DNA from: Leptospiraceae bacterium
Lineage (GTDB): Bacteria > Spirochaetota > Leptospiria > Leptospirales > Leptonemataceae
Assembly: GCA_040217195.1 (NCBI GenBank)
Contig: JAVJNR010000002.1
Coordinates: 128,001-192,000 of the forward strand
DNA length: 64,000 nucleotides
Direction of reading: 5' to 3'
Shown in pieces: positions 19,507-29,453 of this stretch. The notes below the pieces were generated by a model that was not told the DNA's origin, ran no database searches, and saw only the letters and a list, made by a program, of their open reading frames with translations. Position numbers and translations under genes: made by a program. The first letter of the stretch is position 1; the number at the start of each line of letters is the position of its first letter.

Positions 19507-20253
19507 ATGAAGCGTCTATTTACAATTCTTTTGGTAGGTGTCCTGGCAGTGTCCAGCGGCAGTTGCTTTCAAATAATGAATTATTTACAATTCAATCCGG
19601 ATGGCAGTCTTGATGTTACCTGGAGATTTACTGTATCAAAATCCCTGGCCAATGCTTCGGAGAAGTCCGGAGAAGGGGATGGCAAAGATTTTGAAACCGA
19701 AATGGCAAACGGTCGTAAGGAACTGGAAAACCAGCTAAAGGACCGGGTCGATGATTTGAAAGTAGATGTCATTAGCACCGAATACGATGCAGGAATGATA
19801 ATTCGTTTCAAGGTCCCGGATGTAAAGAAGATGCCGGACCTGGCTCAGAAAGTGGGGGACGATAAGTTACCTTCATTCCCACTATACGATCCGAAAACCA
19901 ATACACTCCGAATCAAATTTGAACAGGAAGAAAAGGCCGAGGCACCAAAAAACGATACAACTGCTGAAAGCGCTGAAACACCGGAAAACTCGGAGCAAGG
20001 AAATGAAAATTCTAACCCTCAGCAGTCTGGTGATGAAATGGGAAAGGAGCTTGCGAAGATGATCCTTTCCTCTGCTCGATATCAGGTTTTTATTACAGGT
20101 AAAATTCCTGTGAAGGCCACTGCTATTGGCTCGGAAGAGAAATCGGTAGAGATAGTTAAACTGGGAAATAGCTATCTGGTTGATTATCCTTTTATGAGTT
20201 CCGTGGTATCCGAGGAGCAGGACATAGAACTTATTATTCAGTTAGAGAAATGA
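19507..20253 (+). CDS. Putative lipoprotein, hypothetical
   Basis: Signal peptide MKRLFTILLVGVLAVSSGSC ending in a lipobox-like Cys; acidic low-complexity insert. Confidence 0.75.
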   Translation: MKRLFTILLVGVLAVSSGSCFQIMNYLQFNPDGSLDVTWRFTVSKSLANASEKSGEGDGKDFETEMANGRKELENQLKDRVDDLKVDVISTEYDAGMIIRFKVPDVKKMPDLAQKVGDDKLPSFPLYDPKTNTLRIKFEQEEKAEAPKNDTTAESAETPENSEQGNENSNPQQSGDEMGKELAKMILSSARYQVFITGKIPVKATAIGSEEKSVEIVKLGNSYLVDYPFMSSVVSEEQDIELIIQLEK

Positions 20254-21425
20254 TTCTACTATTTCCAATTGCTATTCTGGATATTCTTGTCTGGCCGGAG
20301 GCGGGTACAACTTCGTTTATAGGGCTGTTTCTTTTTGTTGGAGCGTTGGTTGTAACCTTTGTGCTTTTCCGCGTGGCCTCGTATCGCAAGACAAGAAGGC
20401 TGGAAAACATGGACATTGTAATGCACCATGCATACGGCAGACATGTGGCCGGAAAGGAAATTCAAAGACTAAAGAATTTTCTGGAAGGCAGTGCGGATAA
20501 GGATCTGGAGGCCTTTCGGAAGAGCTTTGGAAATATGCGAAAACCCCTGCTATTGTTTGTGAGAGAACATCCGGATAAAGACTCGGTGCGGTTGTATCAG
20601 AAAATTGCAGTGGATGGTCTGGGTAGCACCATGGATGGGGATGCAGATGTCCATCGAGGAGAAATAGGCCTGACTGAAATTGCTGGTCGAAAATGCATTT
20701 TTCTGATCACTGACATCGGAGAACAGCTGGAATTTGTTGTACCGCATTCCGCTCCCCGTATAGAACAGAAATCCATTCGAGGCTATATGTATAGGCCTCA
20801 GTCCGGAGGGTACAATGTGGCAATCTCCATCGACAGAACTCTAACCGGCGGTCATTACCTTGGAGATATTACTGCAGTGGAAGAGGCGGAAGACCGTCAC
20901 CGTATGTCTTTCATGGAATTAGAAGGTAAGATTCGGGCCTACATTCCCGAAACTGGCCTGGAGCTTCAGGATAAACGGCCTGCTAGTCGAACAGACCCTA
21001 CCTCTAAAAAGAAGACATCAGCCAGTAGTGTTCGCAAGGCTATGGACCTGGACGTAGCGGGTAGTGCAGCCCGGCCGCCCATGCCAACCGCCAATCCAAG
21101 TTCTTCTGATTCCAGAGCTGCGGATCCGGCTGATGTGGAAAGGGAGACTATTGAATTTCCTATCACAGTGGAGAAAATTTCTGACCGGGCTGCAGCGTTT
21201 GTGGCAGAACATGATATAATGAGCTATACAAGGTTCCATCATCTATGGGAGTTCCGCTTGACCCTCTTTGATGGCACCGATTTCATGAGCCGGGGCATTT
21301 TCTCTCCGCTACCACAGGGCTCCCATCGATATCTATTTCGATTTCAGGAAACTGAACCGTCCCTTATTGTGGCGCTTAAGAGAGAAATAGAAAACAATCA
21401 GCCTTTTCCGGAACGGATGAACTAA
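20250..21425 (+). CDS. Membrane-anchored hypothetical protein, possibly a degenerate YcgR/PilZ-like protein
   Basis: N-terminal TM segment; ATGA overlap with the upstream gene; EDRHR and EKISDRAAAF resemble degenerate PilZ motifs. Confidence 0.65.
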   Translation: MILLFPIAILDILVWPEAGTTSFIGLFLFVGALVVTFVLFRVASYRKTRRLENMDIVMHHAYGRHVAGKEIQRLKNFLEGSADKDLEAFRKSFGNMRKPLLLFVREHPDKDSVRLYQKIAVDGLGSTMDGDADVHRGEIGLTEIAGRKCIFLITDIGEQLEFVVPHSAPRIEQKSIRGYMYRPQSGGYNVAISIDRTLTGGHYLGDITAVEEAEDRHRMSFMELEGKIRAYIPETGLELQDKRPASRTDPTSKKKTSASSVRKAMDLDVAGSAARPPMPTANPSSSDSRAADPADVERETIEFPITVEKISDRAAAFVAEHDIMSYTRFHHLWEFRLTLFDGTDFMSRGIFSPLPQGSHRYLFRFQETEPSLIVALKREIENNQPFPERMN

Positions 21426-21468
21426 GACCGGTATCTGGAACTGGAGAGAGCCCCCAGAGAGGACCTCT

Positions 21469-22062
21469 ATGCGCATTGCGGCTTATCATATTCACTATCT
21501 CCTTGCCTTTGTTCTGGTAGCTTATGCTTTTCTATGTCTCTGGTTAGATTCCAGGCTGAGCAAGGATAAGCCTATCTCTGATGCCACGCGGAAGGCCCAT
21601 AAACAATATGCGCTCACGGTAAAGGTCATGCAGTACGTTACAATAGTAACTTTGCTAACCGGAGTTTATTTACTTTCATTTCTTTTGAGCGCCATAGAGA
21701 ACACGCCAATTCCTTTCACCGCATTCACCTGGGCCTATATAAAAGTGTTTCTCTTTCTTGCTCTAACCGGCATCATGGGTGCACTGGGAAGCATTCCGTT
21801 GAAGAAGAGATTATATGCTCTAGATGCAGGCGGAAACGATGCGGATCTTCAAAATTCGACTGCAAAGAAGTTGCAACTATTCAAACTGCTCCAGCTTACA
21901 ATTATAGTAATCATGTTTGGTCTGGGTACTTACAGGCCAGGAACAGTAACCATTGAAAAAGTACAGCCCCAGGATAGTCAGCCAATGCAGGACTCCGGCG
22001 AATCCCGGAGCGAAACCGAACGGCCGCCTGTGCCGGACAATCCTGCGCCCGGCTCCGATTGA
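21469..22062 (+). CDS. Hypothetical integral membrane protein (about 4 TM)
   Basis: Four hydrophobic segments, GAGG SD upstream, Pro/acidic C-tail. Confidence 0.7.
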   Translation: MRIAAYHIHYLLAFVLVAYAFLCLWLDSRLSKDKPISDATRKAHKQYALTVKVMQYVTIVTLLTGVYLLSFLLSAIENTPIPFTAFTWAYIKVFLFLALTGIMGALGSIPLKKRLYALDAGGNDADLQNSTAKKLQLFKLLQLTIIVIMFGLGTYRPGTVTIEKVQPQDSQPMQDSGESRSETERPPVPDNPAPGSD

Positions 22063-22130
22063 GTTCTACGCTGAAGGTATGATTTCAGTCCACCCCGACC
22101 CAGAGCTAATTCGAAATCGGCACGGGTTAA

Positions 22131-22952
22131 TCAGGATTTATACTGCGGTCGACGCCGTTCTTTGAAAGCTGATTGCAGTTCCCGGAAATCCTCGCTGTCC
22201 AGGAAGGCCGCATTCCATACAGCTACATAGTTAAGTCCTTCTTCCGGAGTGTGCCTTTCCATGTAGTTTAGCTGCTCTTTCACGCCTCTTAATACAATAC
22301 CAGGATTGGCGGCTACTTCGGTGGCCATATTCTGAGCGGCCTGGTGAAGAGATTCTTGATCCGGGTAAAGCTCGCTGAAAAGCCCCATGTCCTGACATTT
22401 GGTTGCACTGTAGTCCGAACCAGTAAATGCCATAAGACGTGTATTTCCCTGACCAATAATGCTTGGAAGCCTGTTTAAGCTGCACATATCTGCAACAATG
22501 GCCACCTTCGTTTCTCGGAGGCTTACCGAGGCATCCTGAGCCGCCAGACGTAGATCGCAGGCGCAGATGAGATCCAGCGCCCCACCTATGCAGTGTTTAT
22601 GTACTGCACCTATAAAAACGATCCTGCTATTCATCATCTTGATGAATCCGCTTTGCATTTGTTGAATGAGTGCCAGAAATTCCATTCTCTTATCGGCTGT
22701 GGCACCCTGGATTATGTCGCCAAACTTCTCTCCGAACTCATTTAGCTCCAGACCAATGGAAAAGGATTTCTTTCTGGAAGCAATGACCACGCATTTAATA
22801 TTGGAATCCCTTTCCAGGTAATCCACCAGTTCTGGCAGCTCCTTCCAGAAATCCCAGACCATGGAATTTCTGGCATCGGGACCGTTAAGATATACAGTGG
22901 CGGTTCGATTTTCTGATTGTTTTTCAATTTCAAAGAAGTTGAATTGGCCCAT
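22131..22952 (-). CDS. Enoyl-CoA hydratase/isomerase (crotonase) family, dienoyl-CoA isomerase-like
   Basis: LNGP..RNSM, FSIGLEL, CIGGALDLICACDLR, LRETKVAIVAD, WNAAFL.S.D. Confidence 0.9.
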   Translation of the reverse strand: MGQFNFFEIEKQSENRTATVYLNGPDARNSMVWDFWKELPELVDYLERDSNIKCVVIASRKKSFSIGLELNEFGEKFGDIIQGATADKRMEFLALIQQMQSGFIKMMNSRIVFIGAVHKHCIGGALDLICACDLRLAAQDASVSLRETKVAIVADMCSLNRLPSIIGQGNTRLMAFTGSDYSATKCQDMGLFSELYPDQESLHQAAQNMATEVAANPGIVLRGVKEQLNYMERHTPEEGLNYVAVWNAAFLDSEDFRELQSAFKERRRPQYKS

Positions 22953-22994
22953 AGGGGAAAGGGCCCATCTCCGGATGAGCCCGCAAGCTTAAAA

Positions 22995-23588
22995 ATGAAG
23001 CCAAACCAACTGAAAGAGAGACTGGAGGAACCGGGACAGTCCTTCCGATTGGGAAGTGTAATACAGGAAGTGGCAGCGGAGGCGCGTTCAAATCCGGAGA
23101 TGATGGAATCTCTGGATTCGTTACTCAAGGAATGCAAGGACCCGGATTTCTGGCGGACAGGAGCTCGATGGGGCAGCACACTGTTTCATACCATCGTTCG
23201 TGTGGGAAATTCTCGTTCAATGATGTTGTTGCTCGGATTTGCTCGTTCTTTACCTGAAGATTATCCGTTTGGCCCGGTGGATTTGCTGGGCAACATCTTG
23301 CCTCTATACGGGCATATCATGATAGGCCCGGCCAAAGAACTTGTTCGATCCTCCAGTGATGCGTCCGAGGCAGTGGGATTGCAGACACTATGCCAGCTCT
23401 ATCTGGATGGTGTAGTCCACGGAGACAATGCAGCATACCTGAAGGCATTGATTTCAGAGTTTGAAGGCGATAGTTATCTTTCGCAAAACATTGTGGAGCT
23501 GGTGCAGAATTCAATGCAGAGAGTTAATCTTGAAGAGAGTGAAACCATAGATCCAGAAGATGTACTGGTGGAGCTGGGCGAACTTTAA
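22995..23588 (+). CDS. Hypothetical helical protein
   Basis: Long ORF filling the gap; start moved to ATG 22995 to avoid overlapping the divergent crotonase. Confidence 0.65.
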   Translation: MKPNQLKERLEEPGQSFRLGSVIQEVAAEARSNPEMMESLDSLLKECKDPDFWRTGARWGSTLFHTIVRVGNSRSMMLLLGFARSLPEDYPFGPVDLLGNILPLYGHIMIGPAKELVRSSSDASEAVGLQTLCQLYLDGVVHGDNAAYLKALISEFEGDSYLSQNIVELVQNSMQRVNLEESETIDPEDVLVELGEL

Positions 23589-23593
23589 TTGGA

Positions 23594-24646
23594 TCATTCC
23601 TTATTTTTGATGAGTCTAGGAGGCTGTGGTCCGTACAGACTTTGTAGATTCTGAAAAATAGCAACCGACGTTGCCAGACTGCTGTGCAGCCGTATTCGCT
23701 TCAGCGGTTTCTTTATATTCCCGCTTTCATGGTATAATCTCAGTTCACAAGTTGGTAGAACTTCTTCTCGCCAGAGTTGCCAGGCCCCCCGATCCGTAAT
23801 CCGTTGTTTTTGATGCAGGACCGATGCGAAGTCTTGCAGAGACTGTTTTCCCTTTAGTCGAAATCGAAACAGAAATCTACCGTGCTCCAGTTCCCCGGGG
23901 CTCATTCGAATGTATCTTATAGAGGAACTAACCAGTCCTCCCGTAAACGTTGCCAGTCCAAGCGCACCCACGATGATCCCTCGAAGTAACACATGAATAT
24001 CCATTTCCAGGCCATGCAGCACCAGAAATACAACCCCGGAAAAAAAGACTGCCAGAGGCAACGCAGTTTCCAGCGCAATGGGATCACTCCAGATAACAGT
24101 CCTCTCAGAAAAAACGATGCGCAGTCGGTTAAATGATCCGCGATGGAGATACGGCACGGGAGGTTCACTTTGAGCGGGAAGAATGCAATCCTCCTGAAGT
24201 TTTTCAATCCTAGCGAACTTGCGCGCGGCCTCTCGTCTTGAGCTGAATTTATGAACTTCGAGATATATGTTTCCGGGTAGTCGCAAAAAAAGAACAGCTC
24301 CGCTACGGGGAGAAATTCTAAGTTCTTTATTCTGAGTAAAATCTCCGGTAAGTAAAATCTGTCCGCCGGGATCTGAAAGGACGATGCGAAATCGATTCTG
24401 TCCATGGGTATCCAGCTTTTCCAGGATAGTTCGTACAGAAACCCGTCGCATGTAGATTAGAATCGTGGAGCCCAGTCCGGTTGCCAGAAAGCCCAGGGAA
24501 ATTAACAATGAGGCGGATAATGTCTTACTGCCGGTATATTGATAGAACAGCCCTATGCTCAGAAAACATAGACCGGCCAGAAACATTACCGGACCACCCA
24601 GAGTGCTGGAACGGGAAGGAAGTAGCTTGATGCGTCCCTGCATCAA
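23594..24646 (-). CDS. Hypothetical membrane protein (two TM hairpins, each followed by a soluble domain)
   Basis: Hydrophobic pairs near aa 20-65 and 195-240; overlaps the pepA stop, so probably co-transcribed. Confidence 0.65.
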   Translation of the reverse strand: MMQGRIKLLPSRSSTLGGPVMFLAGLCFLSIGLFYQYTGSKTLSASLLISLGFLATGLGSTILIYMRRVSVRTILEKLDTHGQNRFRIVLSDPGGQILLTGDFTQNKELRISPRSGAVLFLRLPGNIYLEVHKFSSRREAARKFARIEKLQEDCILPAQSEPPVPYLHRGSFNRLRIVFSERTVIWSDPIALETALPLAVFFSGVVFLVLHGLEMDIHVLLRGIIVGALGLATFTGGLVSSSIRYIRMSPGELEHGRFLFRFRLKGKQSLQDFASVLHQKQRITDRGAWQLWREEVLPTCELRLYHESGNIKKPLKRIRLHSSLATSVAIFQNLQSLYGPQPPRLIKNKE

Positions 24647-26172
24647 GTGAGACTCTCATTTAGATCCGACAGAAATTGCAGTATGGATCGGCAAGCGATT
24701 CCGGTGGCCTTGTCATCCTTGCTCATATCACCGCCCGCAATATCCAGATGAAGAACCGGTAAATCTCGAGAAACTCCACTCATCACAAATGCGGCGGCCG
24801 TTTGAGCCCCCCTGTAGCTTTCGCTCCCAGTATTGTTAATATCGGCCCCATCCAGTTTACTGGCAATGTCTTCAAAATCTTCTTCCAGTATATCCAGAGT
24901 CTGGCAATAATCGGCGGCGCGATAGCCCGCTGCTGCCAGACGGTCTCGATATTCATGGTGCAAGGACATGAGAGCTGTATTGGGACCCACTGCCCGTGAG
25001 GCCGAACCGGTCAGAGTTGCAACAGTAATCATCAGATCCGGTTCAGTGCGCTCAGCCATGGCTACCGCATCAATAAGTGTGAGGCGACCCTCTGCATCGG
25101 TATGGCGAATTTCCACTTTTTTACCGCAAGTAGTGTTCACTATGGAATCCGGCAGCATGGCGGCTTCGTTTACCAGATTAGGAGTTGCGGCCAGAAAGGT
25201 ATGAATTTCAAGATTCTGTAGGTTCAGGCTTTTGATTGTATCAATGACTCCCAGCACTGTAGCTCCACCGGTCATGTCCGCCTTCATTGTATTCATGTAA
25301 TTACCCGGCTTAACCTGAATTCCTCCGGTATCGAAAATAACACTCTTGCCTACCAGAGCGATCCGCTTCTTTGCCCCCTGGTTCGGTAGCTTTAAATGAA
25401 TCCAGCGAGGTGGATCGAAGTCCACAGATCCTCTGGCAACGGTGAAAAAGCAGGGCATATTCTCCTCGATCCAGGACCTATCCTCAACTATGGAAATTTC
25501 CAGATCGCTCCTTTCTGCCAGAGAGCGAGCTTCGGCCGCCAGGGTTTCGGTACGCTTTGTGTTGGGAGGCATGTTCACCAGATCCTTGGCTCTGGCGGCA
25601 GCTGCATTCATGGCTGTGGCCAGCGTCACTGCCGATGGCTTCTTGTTTCCCGGTTCAATGCCTGCGATATACAGACTTTCAAATTCCGGCCTATCCTTTT
25701 CATATTCCCTGGACCGGTACAGATGATAACTGACCGCTGCGGATGCAGCGATGACTGCACTGGCCTCTTCGCCGATCCAGTTCGAAGCATCCAGGATCAA
25801 TCTGCCAGCATTTCCGGACAGATTGGATAGTCCGGATCGCAGAGCCTCCATAAACCTGGATGGATTGATTGCCTTTCGATTTCCCAGTCCCACAAGAATG
25901 ACTCTTGCGAAGTTGATGGGCCAGTGTGTAAAGACCGCAGACTTTTTGTATGCGGGTTTGAATCCCAGACTCTGCAATTCCTCCTGGAACAGAGCTCTGC
26001 TCTCTCCAATTAGCTGAAGGAATCGATCCGGTAATTCAATTTCCGATTGGAACTGCGAATCCCCATTGTCCGTTGCATAGATTGGAATGATGAGTGTGTC
26101 TCCCTTCCCTATTTCCGGAAGGGATAAATTGACTTCTATTGAAAAAGGCTGATATGGCATGGTAGGCTCCAA
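24643..26172 (-). CDS. pepA: M17 leucyl aminopeptidase
   Basis: LVGKSVIFDTGG..VK, MKADMTGGA, HTDAEGRL.L.D, VATLTG, HLDIAG; start may be ATG 26160. Confidence 0.9.
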   Translation of the reverse strand: MEPTMPYQPFSIEVNLSLPEIGKGDTLIIPIYATDNGDSQFQSEIELPDRFLQLIGESRALFQEELQSLGFKPAYKKSAVFTHWPINFARVILVGLGNRKAINPSRFMEALRSGLSNLSGNAGRLILDASNWIGEEASAVIAASAAVSYHLYRSREYEKDRPEFESLYIAGIEPGNKKPSAVTLATAMNAAAARAKDLVNMPPNTKRTETLAAEARSLAERSDLEISIVEDRSWIEENMPCFFTVARGSVDFDPPRWIHLKLPNQGAKKRIALVGKSVIFDTGGIQVKPGNYMNTMKADMTGGATVLGVIDTIKSLNLQNLEIHTFLAATPNLVNEAAMLPDSIVNTTCGKKVEIRHTDAEGRLTLIDAVAMAERTEPDLMITVATLTGSASRAVGPNTALMSLHHEYRDRLAAAGYRAADYCQTLDILEEDFEDIASKLDGADINNTGSESYRGAQTAAAFVMSGVSRDLPVLHLDIAGGDMSKDDKATGIACRSILQFLSDLNESLT

Positions 26173-26190
26173 GGTCTGGCCCTGGCAGGA

Positions 26191-26580
26191 TCAATTTCCG
26201 GCCAATCGTGAGCCCAGGTACATTCCCAGAAAAGCGAGCGCTGCGCCGCATATAAGGCTTATGAACCAGTAGACCAGAGCCAGTTTCCAGCGACCGGCCT
26301 CCACAAGCAAGATTCCTTCCACTGCAAACGTAGAAAAGGTAGTCAATGCTCCCAGAAAGCCCGTGGCCCAGAAAAGCCTGTAATCACCCTGCAACCAGTT
26401 GGCTTTGCCCAGAGCATAAACCAATCCCAGCAAGAATGATCCCAGTAAATTGACCAGAAGGGTGGGCGCGGGAAAACCGGCGTATGCAAATGGTTGCATC
26501 CATCGCGCCACGGAAAACCTTAGAATGGCCCCCAGGGCACCACCAAGTGCAACAGCAAGATAGGACCAGGCATTTATCAT
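26191..26580 (-). CDS. crcB: Fluoride efflux channel CrcB/FluC
   Basis: GGALGAILRF, PTLLVNLLGSF, GFLGALTTFSTF; start at ATG 26580. Confidence 0.95.
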   Translation of the reverse strand: MINAWSYLAVALGGALGAILRFSVARWMQPFAYAGFPAPTLLVNLLGSFLLGLVYALGKANWLQGDYRLFWATGFLGALTTFSTFAVEGILLVEAGRWKLALVYWFISLICGAALAFLGMYLGSRLAGN

Positions 26581-26584
26581 TGTC

Positions 26585-28825
26585 TTATGCGGGAAAAACC
26601 ACAACCCCATCTTCGAATTGTCTGCGTATTTGTCGAATGCCCTCTTCGGGCAACTCAGGATGAGCCACAGCCAGGGCATAGGTCTTCTGAACCAATTCCT
26701 GATCCTGCACCAGATCGCTGAGTCTGAAATCAGGCAATCCGTGCTGCTTCAGTCCCAGCAGTTCTCCGGGGCCTCGGAGGCGAAGGTCCACTTCAGAAAG
26801 ATAGAAACCATCATGGGAGTCCACCAGGGCCTGCAGTCGAGTGCCGGTCTCTTCGCTCTGGCTTTCAGACATTAACACGCAGAAACCTTTTTTGTTTCCT
26901 CGACCAATGCGACCTCTAAGCTGATGTAGCTGAGAGATTCCAAATCGCTCCGCATGTTCGATGATCATCATTGTTGCATTTGGCACATCCACGCCTACTT
27001 CAATTACAGTGGTTGTTACCAGAAGCTGGATTCTGCCAGCCCGAAACTCCTTCATAACAGATTGCTTTTCATCGGATTTGAGCCGGCCGTGGAGTAGTTC
27101 GATGCGAAATTCTGGAAACGTGGCTTTCATTTCTTCGAATGCATCGGTCGCGGCCCTGATATCCACCTTTTCCGATTCATCGATCATTGGATAAACAATG
27201 AACCCTTGCTCGCCGGCTTTCAGATGATTTCGAATGCTTTTGTTCAGACCCTGGCGTCGATCCTCAGTGAGCCACATAGTTTCAACGGGCTGCCTTTCGG
27301 CTGGCTTTTCTTTGAGCAGTACCAATTCCAGATCTGCAAATGCTGTGAGGCAGAGGGACCTGGGGATTGGCGTTGCTGTCATGGCTATCAGGTCCGGGTT
27401 CTTTCCTTTCCTGCGAAGCTTCTCCCTTTGCTCCACACCAAATCGATGTTGTTCATCAATAACTACAAGTCCCAGATTGCCAAAATTCACACGATCTTCG
27501 ATAAGGCTGTGGGTGCCGATTAGCAGATCCACTTCTCCATTTTCGGTCTGGGAAAGAATGCGATCTCTGGCCTTTTTCGGATCCGCTCCGGTGAGCAATT
27601 CCAGTCTTACATCTGTAATCATACTGGCGGCGTTAATATATGAGCTCAGTGTTGCAAAATGCTGCCGGGCCAGAATTTCCGTAGGGGCCATGATAGCCAC
27701 CTGGATACCATTCTCGATGTAATGCAGAGCGGCCGCAAATGCGATCAAAGTCTTTCCAGAACCCACATCTCCCTGTAGAAGATAGGCCCTGGAAGCATCG
27801 CCCTGGCAATCACGGATCATTCGATCCAGTGCACTGATCTGACCTGCAGTGGGCTTGAACGGAAGATGTGAAAAAAGTCGATCCACCAAACCGCTTTTTC
27901 CAAACGGTAAAGGCCACAGTTCTCTTGGATAGGATTGCCTCTTCTCCCGTTTTCGTGCCATAAGCACGCCGAATAGATAAAGCTCCTCGAACTTGATATA
28001 CTCTCTGGCCTGATTCAGCTCCTGATCGGACGTTGGAAAATGGATCTGTTCCAGGGCCCGTAGTCGATCCACCAGGTTTTCCCCGCTACGAATGGATTCT
28101 GGTAGAGTTTGAAGTTCAGACGCCCTCTGCTTGAGAAGATCTAGCGCCTCTCTTACCATCCGCCTCAATCCCCGGGAATCCAGTCCGGCCTTTTTAAGAT
28201 TGTCTGATCCAGGATAGATAGGCACGATTCTGCCCACATGTATTAATGAATCATCCTCTTCCAGAGCCTCAAAATCCGGATGCACCATCTGCAGCCCCCC
28301 GAATGCCTCGAGCTTTCCAGAAACTACGTACAGATTATCCTTTTTGAATGCATGTCGAAAGTAAGGAATTCCGCGAAAGAAAACCAGATTAACAGGCTGA
28401 CCATTCTCAGTTCTGGTTTGAACCATCAGCCGAGACTTGCGACCATGAGTAACAAAGAAATTCTGAATCCGAACTACAATGGTAGCTTCCCCTTCGGAAA
28501 GCAGCGCATCTTTCAGAATACTGCGGTCTACATAGCGTCGCGGCAAATAATAGAGTAAATCTCTGTAGCAGAACAATCCAGCTCGATCCAGTGCCGATTG
28601 CCGGGCCGGGCCGACTCCTTTTAGCGTGTCCAGGGCTGTATCCAGCAGCGATGGAGCTTCCAGTGTAGCTTCATGACCGGGCTGCGAATCTTTGGCGGAG
28701 CGCCTGGAGGGCTTATTCGACTTCAGGTCAGAGTCATTCTGTGCCTTTTCGGAAACGGAATCCTCGACGGCTCTGGACCGTGTAGCCTTCTTCTTGCTAG
28801 CTTTCTTTTTGGAGGCTGGTTTCAC
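26585..28825 (-). CDS. recG: ATP-dependent DNA helicase RecG with basic N-terminal extension
   Basis: LLYYLPRRY.DR, LLQGDVGSGKT, MAPTEILA.QH, IDEQHRFGV.QR, MTATPIPR, QLHQLRGRIGRG, DL.LRGPGE. Confidence 0.97.
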   Translation of the reverse strand: MKPASKKKASKKKATRSRAVEDSVSEKAQNDSDLKSNKPSRRSAKDSQPGHEATLEAPSLLDTALDTLKGVGPARQSALDRAGLFCYRDLLYYLPRRYVDRSILKDALLSEGEATIVVRIQNFFVTHGRKSRLMVQTRTENGQPVNLVFFRGIPYFRHAFKKDNLYVVSGKLEAFGGLQMVHPDFEALEEDDSLIHVGRIVPIYPGSDNLKKAGLDSRGLRRMVREALDLLKQRASELQTLPESIRSGENLVDRLRALEQIHFPTSDQELNQAREYIKFEELYLFGVLMARKREKRQSYPRELWPLPFGKSGLVDRLFSHLPFKPTAGQISALDRMIRDCQGDASRAYLLQGDVGSGKTLIAFAAALHYIENGIQVAIMAPTEILARQHFATLSSYINAASMITDVRLELLTGADPKKARDRILSQTENGEVDLLIGTHSLIEDRVNFGNLGLVVIDEQHRFGVEQREKLRRKGKNPDLIAMTATPIPRSLCLTAFADLELVLLKEKPAERQPVETMWLTEDRRQGLNKSIRNHLKAGEQGFIVYPMIDESEKVDIRAATDAFEEMKATFPEFRIELLHGRLKSDEKQSVMKEFRAGRIQLLVTTTVIEVGVDVPNATMMIIEHAERFGISQLHQLRGRIGRGNKKGFCVLMSESQSEETGTRLQALVDSHDGFYLSEVDLRLRGPGELLGLKQHGLPDFRLSDLVQDQELVQKTYALAVAHPELPEEGIRQIRRQFEDGVVVFPA

Positions 28826-29453
28826 TGCTGGGACAAATATCCTTTAGTACACATTCGCTGCAAAATCTCTTTCTTGCCGTGCAACTTGATCGTCCCAGAA
28901 AAATCATATACAGGGACCAATCGATCCAGTACTTTTGAGGTAGCGTCTCCATGAGATCTCTTTCAATGATCACCGGATTCTTGCTCTTTGTCAGTCCTAA
29001 AAGTTTACTGATCCGGGCTACATGGGTATCTACCACCACACCTGAAGGAATGTTGTAGAGTTCCTGAAGCACTACATTGGCCGTCTTTCGGCCCACACCC
29101 GGAAGAGCTGTAAGCTCAGCCAGAGTTTGCGGTATCTTACCGCCATGATTTTCCAGAACCTGCCGAGCAAAGCCCTGAATATTCCTGGCTTTGTTTCTGT
29201 AAAATCCTGTGGAATGAATTAGTTTTTCAATCCTGGATAATGGAGCGGCTACGTAATCTTCCAGATCTGGAAAGGCTGAAAAAAGTGCGGGCGTGGTTTT
29301 GTTCACCATTTCATCCGTGCATTGAGCACTCAAAATGACGGCGATACAGAGTTCGTGTGGCCTGGAATAATGAAGGGGGCATGAAACCGGCCCGAATTTC
29401 TTTTGGAGCCGGCTATATGTTTTCTGAATGAAGCTCTTAGGAACCGAACTCAG
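28797..29453 (-). CDS. nth: Endonuclease III
   Basis: ILSAQCTD, GFYRNKA, LPGVGRKTANVVL, VDTHV.R, C-terminal 4Fe-4S motif C-x6-C-x2-C-x5-C; the frame continues 40 codons upstream of the listed TTG to a CTG at 29453. Confidence 0.93.
   Translation of the reverse strand: MSSVPKSFIQKTYSRLQKKFGPVSCPLHYSRPHELCIAVILSAQCTDEMVNKTTPALFSAFPDLEDYVAAPLSRIEKLIHSTGFYRNKARNIQGFARQVLENHGGKIPQTLAELTALPGVGRKTANVVLQELYNIPSGVVVDTHVARISKLLGLTKSKNPVIIERDLMETLPQKYWIDWSLYMIFLGRSSCTARKRFCSECVLKDICPSSETSLQKES

Noticed and set aside
26581..26679. Fluoride riboswitch or longer N-terminus for crcB
   Set aside because: This region is the recG 3' coding end; the crcB ATG at 26580 lies 4 nt after the recG stop
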